A stretch of 63,606 nt of DNA, counting the filler, from Octopus bimaculoides (lineage: Eukaryota): the NCBI RefSeq assembly GCF_001194135.2. It is 7 parts of 6 records of this genome, joined end to end, with 100 filler letters (N's around TTAATTAATTAA, not from the genome) between each part and the next. Parts side by side here need not be neighbours in the genome. Positions count along the whole stretch, not along the records: positions 1 to 17,520 come from NC_069003.1; 6 more parts are not named here. The stretch is one strand, 5' to 3'. A model generated the notes under the pieces. It did no database searches. It saw nothing but the letters and a program-made list of their open reading frames with translations, and had not been told where the DNA came from. Numbering within the stretch: position 1 is the stretch's first letter; each line of letters starts with the position of its first letter. The position numbers and the translations under genes were made by a program. Below are positions 1 through 12,960 of the stretch, piece after piece.

Positions 1-274
1 TATATATATATATAATATTAGGGACAAAATCCAAAATTACAGGTAAAAAACTCAATTAAAACCAATTTATAAAAAATTGAAATTAAATTGAGCCTTATAG
101 ATAAAGTATATATAAAATATATAGTTTTAGAGAAAATAACCAATTTTCAAGAACTCATCGATGAAAATCCACTATCACATATAGAAAAATTAATAATTAA
201 AAGCACAATAAATGAGTATAATATAAAGTAAAGTAAATATCCCTAAAACTATATATTTTATATATATATATATA

Positions 275-306
<32 letters not shown>

Positions 307-419
307 CACTACTATTACTACTACTAGTAGTACTACTATTAGTACTACAGCAGGATTGAACCGAAAATCATGTGTTTTGGAGGCGACACATTCTTACCAT
401 ACAGCCATGCCATGGATGT

Positions 420-960
420 AAAAAGCAAACATTACACAGAAAATGATATTCAATGATATTCGCAAAGTTAAATCCAATCGATGCGAACTCTTCCAAAAAA
501 CCTACCCCTTCGCTATCTTGAATCTCATTAAGCATTAATTTTAAGACATAGAGACCAAAGAACAAGCATAAAATAAGAGACATTGAGTCAACACCCTCAG
601 CTCACACAGCAGCTTATCTCTCCACCCTAAAACATCATCGAAAGGGTTATAAAATAAACAGAAAAAAGACTAAATACCGAATAAACACTTGGAATATTCA
701 GCCACACCTTTAAGAATCCTCCGCTACTGTCTTAGAATGTCATTAACAAATGCGAAAAATGTGAAAAATGGATATAAAGAACAAACAAGTGAAAATTTGA
801 TCCAAAGACTGAAAAGAATCATAAAAAATTACGATAATAACAAAACAATAGCGAGAAAACTCTAGCTTGTGCTTCAGTGTTTTATTACGCTACTCGTGGA
901 TTGCCAAGTAGATGGGAGTCATGTTTTATTGGGCAACTCCTGATTGGTCGAGACCTTTTA
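420..960 (+). mobile_element. Degenerate Penelope-like element relic (GIY-YIG region)
   Basis: 751-822 reads, with frameshifts, C-E-K-C-E-K-W-Y-K-E-Q-T-S-E-N-L-I-Q-R-L-K-E, resembling the CxxC...YIGQT..L..RLxEH GIY-YIG motif of Penelope elements. Many stops. Confidence 0.4.
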
Positions 961-1157
961 TTATCAAAGTCATTGTTAATTGTTTCGGTCATGATTAGAG
1001 CAAGTACAAGACAAAACTAAATAAATCAATGGGAATTTAATATTAGCTCGTAACCGAAATGAGAGTTTAATATTTCTTCTTAAAAAATCCAATTTTGAGT
1101 TGTATTATTAACACCATTGCCACCACCACCACCACCACTACCATCGTTTTTATTATT

Positions 1158-1326
1158 AAGGCAGTGAGCTAGCAGAATCTTCAGCATTTCGTAAGAAGGC
1201 ATTTATTCTGGCCCTTTCCGTCCTGAGTTCAAATACCACCGAGGTCAACTTTGGGTTAAATCCTTTCGGATTCAGAAAAATTAGTGCCAGTCAACTACTG
1301 AAAGTCGATGTAATTGACATGCAGTC

Positions 1327-1365
<39 letters not shown>

Positions 1366-2255
1366 TCACATGCACATCAGAATTGCTGTCCTTGTTCCAA
1401 AATTAGGAAGAATTCTAATTATTACTGAAGGTTGTGAGCTCACAGAATCGTCAACGCGCAGGCTCTTTATGTTGTAGGTTCAAACCTCGCAGAAGTCATC
1501 TTCCACATTCAATTGTGAGATCGATAAAATAAAGTACCAGTCAAGCACTAGCGTTGATGTAATCGTTGGCTTTGTAACAAATATTCGTTTCTACTCTAGG
1601 CTTAAGGCCTGAAATTTTGGAGGAGGGGGGCAGTTGATTAGATCGACCCCAGTACGCAACTGGTACTTCATTTATCGACCGCGAAAGGACGAAAGGGAAA
1701 GTCTACCTCGGCAGAATTTGAACTCAGAACGTAAAGACAGACAAGATACCGCTAAGCATTTCACCTTGATGCTATCGGTTCTGCCAGCTCTCCGCTGTGA
1801 TCTTGTACCAAATATTAAAAAGAAGCATTCATATGACAGAAGGTGTCGAACCAGCAGTATATTTAGCACACCAGGCAAAATGCTAAGCGACATTTTGTCC
1901 ATCTCTTTTCCCAGTTCAAATTCCGATGAGGTCGATTTGCCTATTATCCTTTCGGGGTCGATAATAAAATAAGAACCAGTTGAGCGCTGTGGTCGTTGTA
2001 ATCGACTATATCCTCCATCCAAATTGCTCGCCTTGTGCTAAAATTAGAAACCAATAAAAGCATGTCGGAAAAATGCTTACCGGCATTTCATCCGTCTTTA
2101 CATTCTCAGTTCAAGCTCTCCCACGGTCGACTTTGTCTTTCATCCTTTCGGATCGATAAAGTAAGTACCAATTGAGCGTTGGGATCGGCGTAGTCGACAT
2201 ACCTCATCCCCAGCAAATTGCTGGCCTTCCGCCAAAATTTGAAACCATTGTTGTT
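1158..2255. mobile_element. Cluster of five tRNA-derived SINE copies (family A): + ~1158-1410, + ~1426-1570, - ~1590-1785, + ~1850-2052, + ~2062-2255
   Basis: Repeated consensus AAGGCGGCGAGCTGGCAGAA (A-box-like)...GAGTTCAAATTCCGCCGAGGTCGACTTTGCCTTTCATCCTTTCGGGGTCGATAAAATAAGTACCAG (B box GTTCAAATTCC). A (CA)n tract interrupts the first copy. Confidence 0.85.
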
Positions 2256-2269
2256 ATTATTATTATAAT

Positions 2270-4700
2270 TATTTGCTGATGAACACGACAGAAGGATTTT
2301 CGAAGCCGCGTAGTAAGTCTTGTTTAAAACTTTAGTTTACAACCGTTTGTTACTTCTTTTTTGTTTAAACATTGTTCCGGTTTGTCAATAGAAATACTGG
2401 GTACCTAGCAATGGGTTCCTGTGTTTTTTTAGCCCCTGGCGGCGCTATATTTGGCCCAAATAAATTTGGTGGGTGTTTTAATGCAATATAAAATAAACAA
2501 GGCAGCGGAATGCATCTCGGAAGATTTAAGAAAAAAAACTGCCACTCCGCAAAAAATAATAGAGGAAAAAGAAAGAAAGATAGTATACTTTAAATGCGTA
2601 TGACGGAAAAGTAGGAGATCCGAAATAGCTTCGAACAGGAACGTCAAAAAGGCCTTCAGCGAAATTTCAATAGATGTGGCTCACTTAGAGAGAGGGGGGA
2701 AGTTTGCCAGCATCGAGCTTCTCTTTAAAAGTGAGGGCCGCTAGCGAAAAAAAGCAGTGTTACCCCGTTTGACTGAGGAATGGGTCCTATATCCCACCTA
2801 CCTCTCGAAGAAAACGACTAGAATTGGGGTAAGTTGTGTGCCACCGGGTGTAAGCGTGAAGTCGATCGTTGCTTGTGCTGTGCGGGATCCAGATGCACTC
2901 TTGGAGGTAAAAAGAAGCAGCAGGGAGAACTGGTGTGGGATCAACTTGGGGATATTAATTCATGTGAAGCCAGAGAATATCGAGAAGATCCCAGACCTGA
3001 TCCAGCTACTCAACTGGGTAGACCTGCGTGTCGTCGTAGAAGAGAGGAGGCCCAGATGTAACAAATGTGTGTCCACAAGCCACCAAAATTTTGTTGGCTC
3101 TCATAGCCCAAAACAAGCAAACTGAGAGAAAGAGTGCAATTTATGACACTAGCAATCTTAAGGATAATCTAATGTTAATGCGATTACCCCTCAAATTATA
3201 CAATTATATTCACAGGGAGTTTCCACATGCAACGGGAAGGACAAACATTGGCGCCATCAAGAGGCTTTTAGGCGGTTTCCCAGAGGAACCCGAGCCGGAG
3301 CCCGGGTCACCGGGCTGCCAACAGCTGCAGGAGGATAAGTAACCCAGTTACTCTTTTCTTTTCCTCAAACCTTTGTCAGAGTAGGATGCATAAATGTTCG
3401 CGGCCTGAGGTCGTCTTGGAAGCAAGGTCGCTTTTTTCAAAGGTCGCTAGATTTGGATGTAATAGCAGACAGGGAGACCAGGATTTCCGACACACGCGAT
3501 CTTGCCCTGATTTTTGACGATTATGAGATCTAGGCATCGCTTAGTCGGCCCGGAATGGGAGGCGGGGTGGCACAGTGCTGTTGAGGAAAGGCCGGGATCT
3601 CGAAGTTCGGACGATCTTCCTGGACTCGGAAGGTAAGCTGCTGGTCCTGGAGGTAAGCACCTGGACAAGGTGGGGCTTGCTGATAGAAGAGTGGGGAGTA
3701 AAAGCCTCACAAACTTGCTCAGCCGCTTCCTGTTGGCTGACAGATACCATCTGTATTTCCCCAATGCACAGATGTGGACATGGGCGGACTGCATCGGGTC
3801 TTCCTGATGTAGATAGAGTATTTAGTAGGCCTGTAGATAGAAGTAGTATAATTGTCCACGTTTCAAAGTCATCGGCTACGCGGACCATAATTTTGTGATT
3901 TATACGGTCGACATAGATAGGATGTATAGGCAGGGTCCCAGATACTGTAAGCTGAATACGTCCTTCCCGGCGCATCAAGGTTTCAGGGACCGGGTTAGCA
4001 AGTTAGTCCATCGAGAGTTGGCGGGCGCAATTGTCAGCAGCCTTTAGTGGATAGCCACGAAAAGGGGCTATTAGAGTAGAGGCGGTAGGCTTTAGTAAGG
4101 AAATAGCGTTAGAGGAATCATGAAGAGAGGAAGACTGCTGGTTCGAGACAAGCTCTACAGACACGGAAGTATTGTCAGAAGGATATGTCCGAGGTGTACG
4201 CAGGACGATGAAACTGTTCTGCATGTACTCGTCCAGTGTCCGTGCATTACTTACCTGTGGAGCTTTGTCGAACAGCTATTGTCACATGTATGACGGATTC
4301 GGTTATCAGCTGAGTCCATCGTGAGGATCGCTCCGCCGCCTTCTTTTGGTCGGGTTGCCTGGTTGCTATCGCGAAAGGGGTAGTGTGGTGGACGAGACTT
4401 AAGACAGACACTTTCCTCTTCGGTCGATCCCTCATCAACTTTTTCAAGTTCCACTTGAAAAGGAAAGTGAGGGTGGAGGGGAAGTACTGCCCTCCCCCCA
4501 CCAGGAAGTTTGTTAAAATTTGGGTGAATATTATCTAAATGGCTCGCGTGGATGGGCCTAGTCTGAATATTCATCTGTAAGCCGGAGCAGCTGAGGGTAA
4601 GAGGGGTGACTACCTGGCGTACCCTTGGCAGTCGAGATGACAAGGATGTGTGGAGTGTCTGGTTTGCCCTAAGTGGAACTCCCCTCTATAGTGGAATGTT
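2270..4700 (+). mobile_element. Tx1/L1-clade non-LTR retrotransposon, internally deleted, non-coding
   Basis: ORF1 remnant with zinc knuckle (RRPRCNKCVSTSH, 2757-3125). ORF2 APE N-terminus (VGCINVRGLR...GGGVA-VLLRK...DSEGKLLVLEV, ~3381-3655) and C-terminus (DRVF...GYADHNFV). Linker GPRYCKLNTSF. C-terminal finger RDKLYRHGSIVRRICPRCTQDDETVLHVLVQCP (~4145-4242). No RT motif between linker and finger. Confidence 0.85.
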
Positions 4701-4777
4701 GTTTTATTTTTATTTTTGTTTTTATTAACACGTTTTCTGGTTTTTTTTTAAATCCCACTTGTCCCTTATTTTTTTTT

Positions 4778-5412
4778 TATGAAAACCTTCAGCATATTTT
4801 GCTGGATATGATGGAAAGTGTCAGCTGTCCACAAACAGCAGACTAAGATGGCACTTATTTACTGACCATGCTTCAAGAATCCTGCGGGTAAGTCTTGCTG
4901 TTTCAAGCAATGATGATTTCAGTAGGTGTTCTATCTTTACATTTGTGCAATCGTTTTGAGTTACATTAGTGTTTCAGTGCTGATACTTCCAAGTGCGCCA
5001 ATCATTATCCGTATCACACCCAGTCTCTTCAGTACCCACAACATGCTTATTTCCCACTCTGATTCATCATAGTTGTTCATTTCTTTTCTTCTTTCTCTTC
5101 GATCTTGTGGTCACTGGGACATGCTATATCGATTATCAAACTAGTTTTTTCTTTTTTGCTCAACACAATAATATCAGGTTTCCGATGTCTGATCTGATGG
5201 TCGTCCTGAATCCTTATATCCTACAAGATTTTTTATCTTCGTTGTCTCCTTCTGAGATTTGGTCATACCACGCCTTTGATCTTTCTAAGCCATAATTTCC
5301 ACAGAGCTCCCAATGGGTCATTCTTGCCACATTGTCATGTAGTCTTTTGTATTTGCGTTGTGCCAATTTCAGGCATTCACTAACAATGTGCCATACTTTT
5401 TTACTCATCTCC
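4778..5412 (-). mobile_element. R4/Dong-clade (RLE) LINE, 3-prime fragment (copy E1)
   Basis: KVWHIVSECLKLAQRKYKRLHDNVARMTHWELCGNYGL (CCHC finger end), LIIDIACPSDHKIEEKE (RLE), LLETARLTRRILEA C-terminus, then an A/TAA-rich tail. Confidence 0.85.
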
Positions 5413-5430
5413 CCATAAATTCATTATTAT

Positions 5431-5660
5431 GACAGAATTGTTAGCACACAACGCAAACATGCTTAGCGGCATTTCGTCTGTCTTTATGTTCTGAATTCAA
5501 ATTCCGCCGAGGTTGACCTCACCTTTCATCCTTTCGGGGTCGATAAAATAAATACTAGTTGAACACAGGAGTTGATATAATCTACTTATCCCCTCCTCTC
5601 GAAACTGATCCCCTCCTCTCGAAACTGATCCCCTTGTATCAAAATTCCAAACCATTACTA
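5431..5660 (+). mobile_element. SINE family A copy with a 20-bp tandem duplication near its 3-prime end
   Basis: Same consensus as 1158-2255; TCCCCTCCTCTCGAAACTGA occurs twice in tandem. Confidence 0.85.
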
Positions 5661-5689
5661 TCTTTTTTTTAATTTAGTAATCTTATTTT

Positions 5690-6645
5690 TATCACATTCT
5701 TTCATTGCACTACCGAGCGCAGTTCTGTGTGCCTTGAGTATATGCTATGGTTTGTTTTGGCGTCGTTATTTTTAATATACTGAAAATGCTTTACGTAGGA
5801 TGTGTACGGTGCCTTGTAGTGCTATGATATATACTGTAGCTGCATGTTATATATACTCGTAAGTCCTGGTGTTTTTGGTTATCTATGTGTCTGTATGTTT
5901 TTAATCATACTTAATGCACCTATTATTATATAGATTGTCTCTGTTTTTAGGCTCTACATTCGCATTATTTCTATTTTCAGATCTTTGTATTTTGAAAGTT
6001 TCCCCCGTTTTATTATTTTTCTTTCTCTTGGTGATCTCATACAACTATATCCAGTTTATTAGCCTTGATCGCTCTATCTGTGTGTATTGGCATATCCCGG
6101 CGTATGGTTGCTCTGTCAGAATCTATGACCATTTCTGGGATATGCCTATACCATATTTTCTCTCTTGCCATTCCATATTGTTGGCATAGGTTCCAGTGTA
6201 TGTAGGTTCCGACTCTGTCATGCTTCTGGATATATTTCTTCTTAGCTAGGACTGGGCATCCAGAGACAATGTTATATTGCTTCTTCGTTACGACATATTC
6301 TGCAGTTATTAATTCCAATTCTCTTCATTATATGTGTTTGTGCTTTCTTGTGGGGAGGCTTCGATAAGTTAGAAACTCCTCTGTCTCTGCTTTAATTTCT
6401 GAGCTTCTCAACCACTGTTGGGATTTTATTTTGTCTAGTTCTTTTCTGTTTAGCTTAACCTTAGTATTAACCACGTAAGGGCTTTTCTTGCCCTCTTTTT
6501 GTTTTGATACTTTGTTGTTCCAGATTTAATTTAGATTTAAGTTACTTTACAGCTTTTGTAATTTGCTCCTTTTCTTCATAGTTGTCTGGTAATATGACCG
6601 TTTTCATGTATTTTTCGGCTTCCTTAAAGATAGAAAACTGTTTTC

Positions 6646-6676
<31 letters not shown>

Positions 6677-7625
6677 CCTATTTTGTGGCTGTTTGTATCA
6701 GTTTTCCTTGATTCTCACTTAAATATTTCTGTAGTTTTACGGTGATTATTTTATAGTAGTTTTCTAGGTGTATAAGGTCCCTACCACCTTCAGTTTGTTG
6801 TATATGTAACCTTTCTACGTCAGATATTGAGTGGTATATTCTAAATTCCATCATCATTTTTCTTGTTTTCCTGTCTAGTTCATTCAGTGTCCAATAACTA
6901 ATATTGTAACAGTAACTTATAACTGGGACGGCTAGAATGTTCATATCTATTATCCTGTTTCTCGCATTGAGCTCTGTTTTAAGTATTAATCAACTCGTCT
7001 ATAGTGTTCCTTCCTTATCTTTTCTTTCATTTCTGCATGTTGTAATCTATCTAGTTTATTGATTCCTCAGTACTTGTACGTCTGGTTTTGGTCTGATTCT
7101 GTTATTTCGTTTACTTTATCTAGTGTGATATTGTTACTCTTAACTAGCTTTCCTCAGGGTTGCTTTTGTACATTTTCCAAAGCCGAATTTCATGTTTATT
7201 TGTTTGGGAAATCTATGCACTGTCTGTAGTAATGTTTCCTGTTGTTTATCATTTGCAGCATAAAGTTTTAGATCATCCATATACAACAGAGGATTAATTT
7301 TTTATCGCAGCAGTTGTATCCACATCTAGTTCTGTTTAGCATGTCAGTTAAAGGCGTCAGTGCCAGACGGAAAAGGAGTGGCGACAGCGAGTCTCCTTAG
7401 AATAATCCTCTTCTAATAGAGATGGCTTTAGTTTTTTAATAATGTCCTCCTTTGTCATGAGCTACAGCACTGTTTGTCATTTATTCATGACATGTTTTAC
7501 ATATATTATTATTGTTGATACTATCTTGTTCATGGCTAGTGTTTCTAGGATCCATGTGTGGAGAATATTGTCAAAAGCCTTTCGATAATCGATTAAACTT
7601 ATGCTTAGGCATTCTTTTTTTCTAG
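5690..7625 (-). mobile_element. R4/Dong-clade LINE, 5-prime truncated in RT (copy E2)
   Basis: IDYRKAFD, RRGLF*GDSLSPLLF and LLYMDDLKLY RT motifs (~7250-7600); LAVPVISY...LDRKTRK (6678-6944); IVSGCPVLAKKKYIQKHD...IHTDRAIKANKLDIVV finger/RLE (6037-6318). Frameshifted. Confidence 0.9.
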
Positions 7626-7639
7626 CTATATTCAGTTAC

Positions 7640-10600
7640 AGGGGTATTTTTTTTATTATTATCATTGCCTTTGCACAGCTTCTAACGCTGGAGATGTACT
7701 ATAGTGTCAGCTGTTTACTACCAGTGAACTAAGGTAATACCTCTTATTTTTCGAGCATCTTCTGGAGTATTCGAGCGGTTCCAAGCAGTACTGTTTTCTG
7801 CAAGTGCTCCACCCTTATTGCAGCTCCTATTTGTTCCACGTACTTCTCGAGATTTTTGCTCAGTTCCCAGGGCTCCAACAATTATTGGTACTACAGCTAC
7901 GTTTTTCATCGTCCACAACTGCTAAATTCCCCAAACTAACCTGTCATATCTCTCAAATTTTCTTTCTTCCATATCGCATACCTTGTTGTCAGTTGGGCAT
8001 GCTATATCTATGATCCAGCATAGTTTGCTTTCTTTCTCCATTAAGACTATGTTTGGCTTCCAATTCGCTATCTCATGGTCGCACTGAATCATAAAATCCC
8101 ATAAGATCTTTGCATTTCTATTTTTGACGATGCCTTCAGGTTTGTGGTCGTACCATTTTTTTTTTTGCTCTGTCAAGTCCATACTTGTTGCAAAGTGTCC
8201 AATGGACAAGCCTGGCTATATTGTCGTGGTGTCTCTTATATTCCTTCTGGGCTCGTGGCGTACATTGGCTGGTAATATGCCATACAGTTTCACCATTTTG
8301 TCCACAGATTCTGCACTTATCACTTTCTAATGTGTTGTCTACTCTATATTTTATGTAGTTTGTTCTTAGTGCTTGCTCTTGGGCAGCACAGATTAGAGCC
8401 TCCGTTTCCGGTTTTAAATCACTTTTAGTCTTCCACAGCCATCTTTTTTCTTTGTCTGTCTTATTTTCAACATCTCTATGAAATTGTCGATGCATTCTTT
8501 TCTTTACCCACCTATTTTCAGTTTCATTCGTTTTCAATTTCTTGTACAGTGCTTTATCTTTGCAATCTTTCATCCTACACATGCCTGACCTTCTTACTTC
8601 TAGTAATTGCGGTTCTGTGGCATTTTTTTCATACCATGCTATGTTGTTTTCTTCTGCTCTAATGCTGTGCTCGCATCCAATGAGTCCTTTTCCTCCTCTT
8701 TTTCTTGGTACATACAGTCTGTCTGTGTCACTTTTTGGGTGGAGTTACCCATGTCTAGTTGGTAACTTCCTTGTCTTTCTATCTAAGCTCTTTAGTTCGT
8801 CTACTATCCATGCAATTAACCCTGCTCCATATCTAAGGAGTGGAACCGCCCAGGTGTTGATAGATTCGATCTTATTCCGTCCATTTAATTTCGACTTATG
8901 GATCAGTCTCAGTCTGCGCAAGTACTCCACCTTAAATTTTTCTGTCATTTCTTTCTCCATCAATTTATCCATTTCCAAAATCCCCAAGTACTTATAGCCC
9001 GTCTCTTCTATCTGCTTCATAGACTCCCCCGATGGTATCGTTAATCCGTCCATACATTTGATTTTGCCCCACTTCAATACTAACACACCACACTTTTTCA
9101 GTCCAAACTCTCTTCTGATATCAGCACTGAAGGTATATACGGTATCAACGACGGAATTGACTTCGGCTTCATCTTTGCCATTAAGTTTGAGGTCATCCAT
9201 GAATAACCAATGGTTGACTTTTGCTTTCCCTAGAATCAGTGTTAGTGGTATCAAGCACAGTACAAAGATGCTAATTTCTACTGTCCCTAAAGTTCTTCCG
9301 TATGCTGTCAGGTCTGTCCTCCAATTCGCCATACTTTTTCCAAGCAATCGCTCGATATTCAATGCAATACCTATTAGGTTCATACACTCCATAATTCAAG
9401 AATATGGGATCATATCGTATGCCTTACGATAGTCGATCCATGACATGGCTAAGTTACTTTTCCTCCTCTTGCAGTCTCGGAGTACAGTTTTGTCTGTCAG
9501 GAGTTGATCCTTGGTACCTCTGCACTTACGCTTGCAACCCTTCTGCTCATGTAGCAGGACTCCATTTCCTCCAGGACATTGATTCTGCGAGTATTCCAGT
9601 CAAAAACGTCCACATCAGTGGCAAACAGGATATCAGCCTGTAATTGTCTACCGCATTGCCTTTTTCGATGTTCTTCAGGCACAGCACTGTCCTAACCAAT
9701 GTCAACCACTCTGGTGTTACTTGGTCGGCATTTAACAAGGTGTTGAGTTGCGCAGCTATTCGTGCATGGCACTCACCAAATGTTTTGATCCAGTAGCCTT
9801 GAACTCCATCTGGTCCCAGGCCTTCCATTTTGTCACTTATTTCCTTCATTTTGTTACTTATTTCCTTCACTTCCCAAACTAAAATTATTACTTCTGCCTG
9901 TTTTGGATAGACTGCTGTTTGTTTCAGTTCTTGCAACCATTCAGCATCCTTCTTGTGCTCCTTACCTTTGCTCCAGATGTCACCTAAAACCTTTGACTTT
10001 GAACGTCACCTGGTATCAGCTTTTCATCTGTACACTCTCCATTTCTTCTGATCTACTCTGAATAACCTATTCTGCTGGTAACTCTTCATTCTTTGATCGT
10101 ATCTTACCATTTTTGCTTTCTTTGCAACGAGGCGCTGTTTCAATTCCTCCACTACTACTTTCAGGCCATTTCTTTCAATATTATACTTCCTTTTCAGTGC
10201 CCTGTATTTTTGTTCGCTTTTAAGCTCCCCTTTCTCTTTTCGGTCTAACACAGAGATGTCCTTCGAGAGCATGTCTAACCCTGCCTCGATTNNNNNNNNN
10301 NGCCTGGATTCTTCTTTCCCACCATGGATCTTTTCTTTTGTCACTCCCATTATGTTTTTTTTTCTTGACATCGACACCCACATTTTCTGCTACAACAATA
10401 CTTGCTGCCTTGATCAAATTATTTGTTTCTCTGATGTTGTTTGATCTGATGTATTTCAAAATTTCATTGACATTTTTCGTTTCTTGGTTCAATTTCCACC
10501 GATCAACCTTTTAAAGGTTGCAAATAATGTCGCTATCGTTCTCCTGTAGTCTTACCTTTATTCTGTCTTAGACTGTCTTTTGTTCATCTGTCATGTCGCC

Positions 10601-11222
10601 ATTAGTTTTATTGTCTTCTTTTAGACCATCTATATGTCTCTCATCAAGTAAACTACCACCGCTCCTTTCCTGTGCTATGGCATTACTCTTATTAGTAAGA
10701 ACTGTATTTTCATCGTTATCTCTGCTGCTATTTTCCATGACCCGTCTTTTGATAGCTTCGAGCTCTACTTCTGTGAACTCAACAATTTTTCTTATTGCTC
10801 TAGCTTGGTCACATGGTCTCTGTTCCATGAGTTGAAACAATCTCTTTTCTCTCCATTGATCATACATACATTGTCGTTAACCCCTAATTTGAGCATCATT
10901 TTCATCTACCGGGCTGCTCAGGTAGTAACACTTCATGACCACAGCATTAATTTGCTTGCTCCATCTACGCCGTATGTGGTGGTCCCTTTCTGGATATCGA
11001 AAGACTGGGGCCGGAACAGAATCTCTGAGCCTACCGGGTGCAACACTGTCCCCATCAAAGGCTTCAGTTTCGTTACCACCGTTATTCACAATATTTTGTT
11101 TTTTCATTGTCTCTCATATGAGGTAGCGATTATCACGTTGCGCAATTACCAGTGTTTTTATTGTGACACCAGCGCTAGATGTATTATTAATCAGCCCATT
11201 ATGTGGCTCCACTCGTTTTCTT
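7640..11222 (-). mobile_element. Near full-length R4/Dong-clade LINE, disrupted ORF (copy E3)
   Basis: Ordered ORF fragments: N-terminal WREK..F...EQRPCDQARAIRK; GPDGVQGYWIK; NYRLISCL; WIDYRKAYD; FMDDLKL; CRICGQNGETVWHITSQC...RHHD; PNIVL...WIIDIACPTD...E.K..Y; VPIIVGALG. Both ends abut TAA/TGA-type repeats. The QGDSLSP motif is deleted. Confidence 0.92.
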
Positions 11223-11223
11223 T

Positions 11224-11246
11224 CATCATCATCATCATCATCATCA

Positions 11247-11295
<49 letters not shown>

Positions 11296-11800
11296 CATCA
11301 TCATAGATATCACTGATATTATTGTTTTTTATGTGTAGCAGCAGCAGTAGCTGGCGTGGGGGTAGTGGTAAGGGTGGCAGTTGGGCCTCAGATTCCCGTG
11401 CTATCATAATAGTAGTAGTTGTAGTATTATTAGTAGTATTTAGTATCAGCAGCTGCAGCATATTAATATTATTTTTATTTTTATTTTTATTTTTATCATT
11501 ATCACCATCGCCACCGCATGACGACAACGATGTTGATGATAATTAAGATGAGAAGGAGTAGGATGACGATTTCGATGATGCTATTGACGTTTATGATGAT
11601 GCTGATGATGATGCTGATGAGGCTGATGATAACGAAGACAATGCTCATGAAGATGACGACAACAATGTTACACTTTTGATGACGCTGTTATTACTGTTGC
11701 TGTTGATGATGACGAGGAGAATGGTAGTGATGATGATGATAATGATGATGTTGATCATCATCATGTTGCTATTCTTATTCTTTAATCATTACTCACATTC
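11224..11800. repeat. Compound trinucleotide microsatellites (TCA)n(TTA)n and degenerate (GAT)n
   Basis: Directly visible. Confidence 0.95.
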
Positions 11801-11967
11801 CTTTTTATGCGTCACAAGTGACTGGATGTCCAATAAACTTGACGCTTCCCCTTCATGCCATAAATAACCAACACTCCCAGGTTTAGTTCCATACCTCTGG
11901 TTTCGTATTACAAAATGTCATCCAAAAAGTCACTTTTAATTTCATTCCTGCACTTGTATTACTATAC

Positions 11968-11968
<1 letters not shown>

Positions 11969-11998
<30 letters not shown>

Positions 11999-12050
11999 CT
12001 TCTTCTTCTTCTTCTTCTTCTTCTTCTTCTTCTTCTTCTTCTTCTTCTTC
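11969..12050. repeat. (CTT)n microsatellite
   Basis: Directly visible perfect run. Confidence 0.97.
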
Positions 12051-12325
12051 TGCAAACAATTAAACAACACATCAAATACAACGACTGGCGAATGAATAAG
12101 ATTTAATGAACAATCCGTTCATATAAAAACGGGTGAATATGGCCCGTAATTACGAATAGAGTGCGAAAGTTAATAATTAAGCACCTACCATGCCGTGGTC
12201 ACTCTTAAGGGGCCAGAGTAAGTCTTCGAATCCCAACGTGTCTAGAAAGCCCCAAAGTGTTAAACCTAGTTAGAAATATAAGCGTCCAAAGCTTTCTGAA
12301 ATCCCATCTTTTTGTCAAGCATATA

Positions 12326-12533
12326 CGAAGGTGTGCTGGTCTCTAAGAGTCTTGCGAAAGGGCTGGTTGGAAGCCCTATCTTCCCAGTTCTTTTACAGGG
12401 CTTAGAAAAACTGAAGGACCGCTGCAATAAGTGTGTGATTCTCAGAGGGAAATATGTTGAGTAGAAACATAATTAGATTACCTGATCCTCCTGTATTTTA
12501 TACCCAAAGTCAGGTCGTTTCAGTACCCCATTG
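12326..12533 (+). mobile_element. Mariner-derived MITE, diverged copy
   Basis: Homologous to 58581-58799; carries GLEKLKDRCNKCVILRGKYVE*, a mariner transposase C-terminus; degenerate TIRs flanked by TA. Confidence 0.75.
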
Positions 12534-12960
12534 TACTGTTATATAGTTCCTGATATAAGGCGGCGAGCTGGCAGAAACGTGAGCACACCAGGAAAAATGC
12601 TTAGCGGTATTTCGTCTGTTTTAAGTTCTGAGTTCGAATTCCGCCGAGGTCGACATTACCTTTCATCCTTTCGAGGTCGATAAATTAAGTACCAGTTGCA
12701 TACTGGGGTTGATCTAATCGACTGCTCCTCCCTCTTCAAAAATTTCGGGCCTTGTGCCTAGAGTAGAAAAGTATATAGTTCCTGATATACGTCAACCAGT
12801 TTTGTGTCACACGTTCGTTGGTAGTTCCTCGTTCTTCCACATCATGAATTTCTTTTGCCGCTGCCCGTGCATCCGGGACTTTTTTCCCACAAGTAACGTA
12901 AAATGGCTCTAACCGCAATTTTTTTCACCGCTTATTATCAATGATGTGTAATAAAGAATA
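12534..12960 (-). mobile_element. Mariner transposase N-terminal (HTH) relic interrupted by a SINE
   Basis: ORF 12736-12918 (GKKVPDARAAAKEIHDVEERGTTNERVTQNW) resembles the mariner N-terminus (GKNA..A.KEI..VYG...TER..Q.W). Confidence 0.55.
12557..12771 (+). mobile_element. Full-length SINE family A copy with TSD
   Basis: Complete head to tail; flanked by TATATAGTTCCTGATATA at 12540-12557 and 12772-12789 (17-18 bp). Confidence 0.93.
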
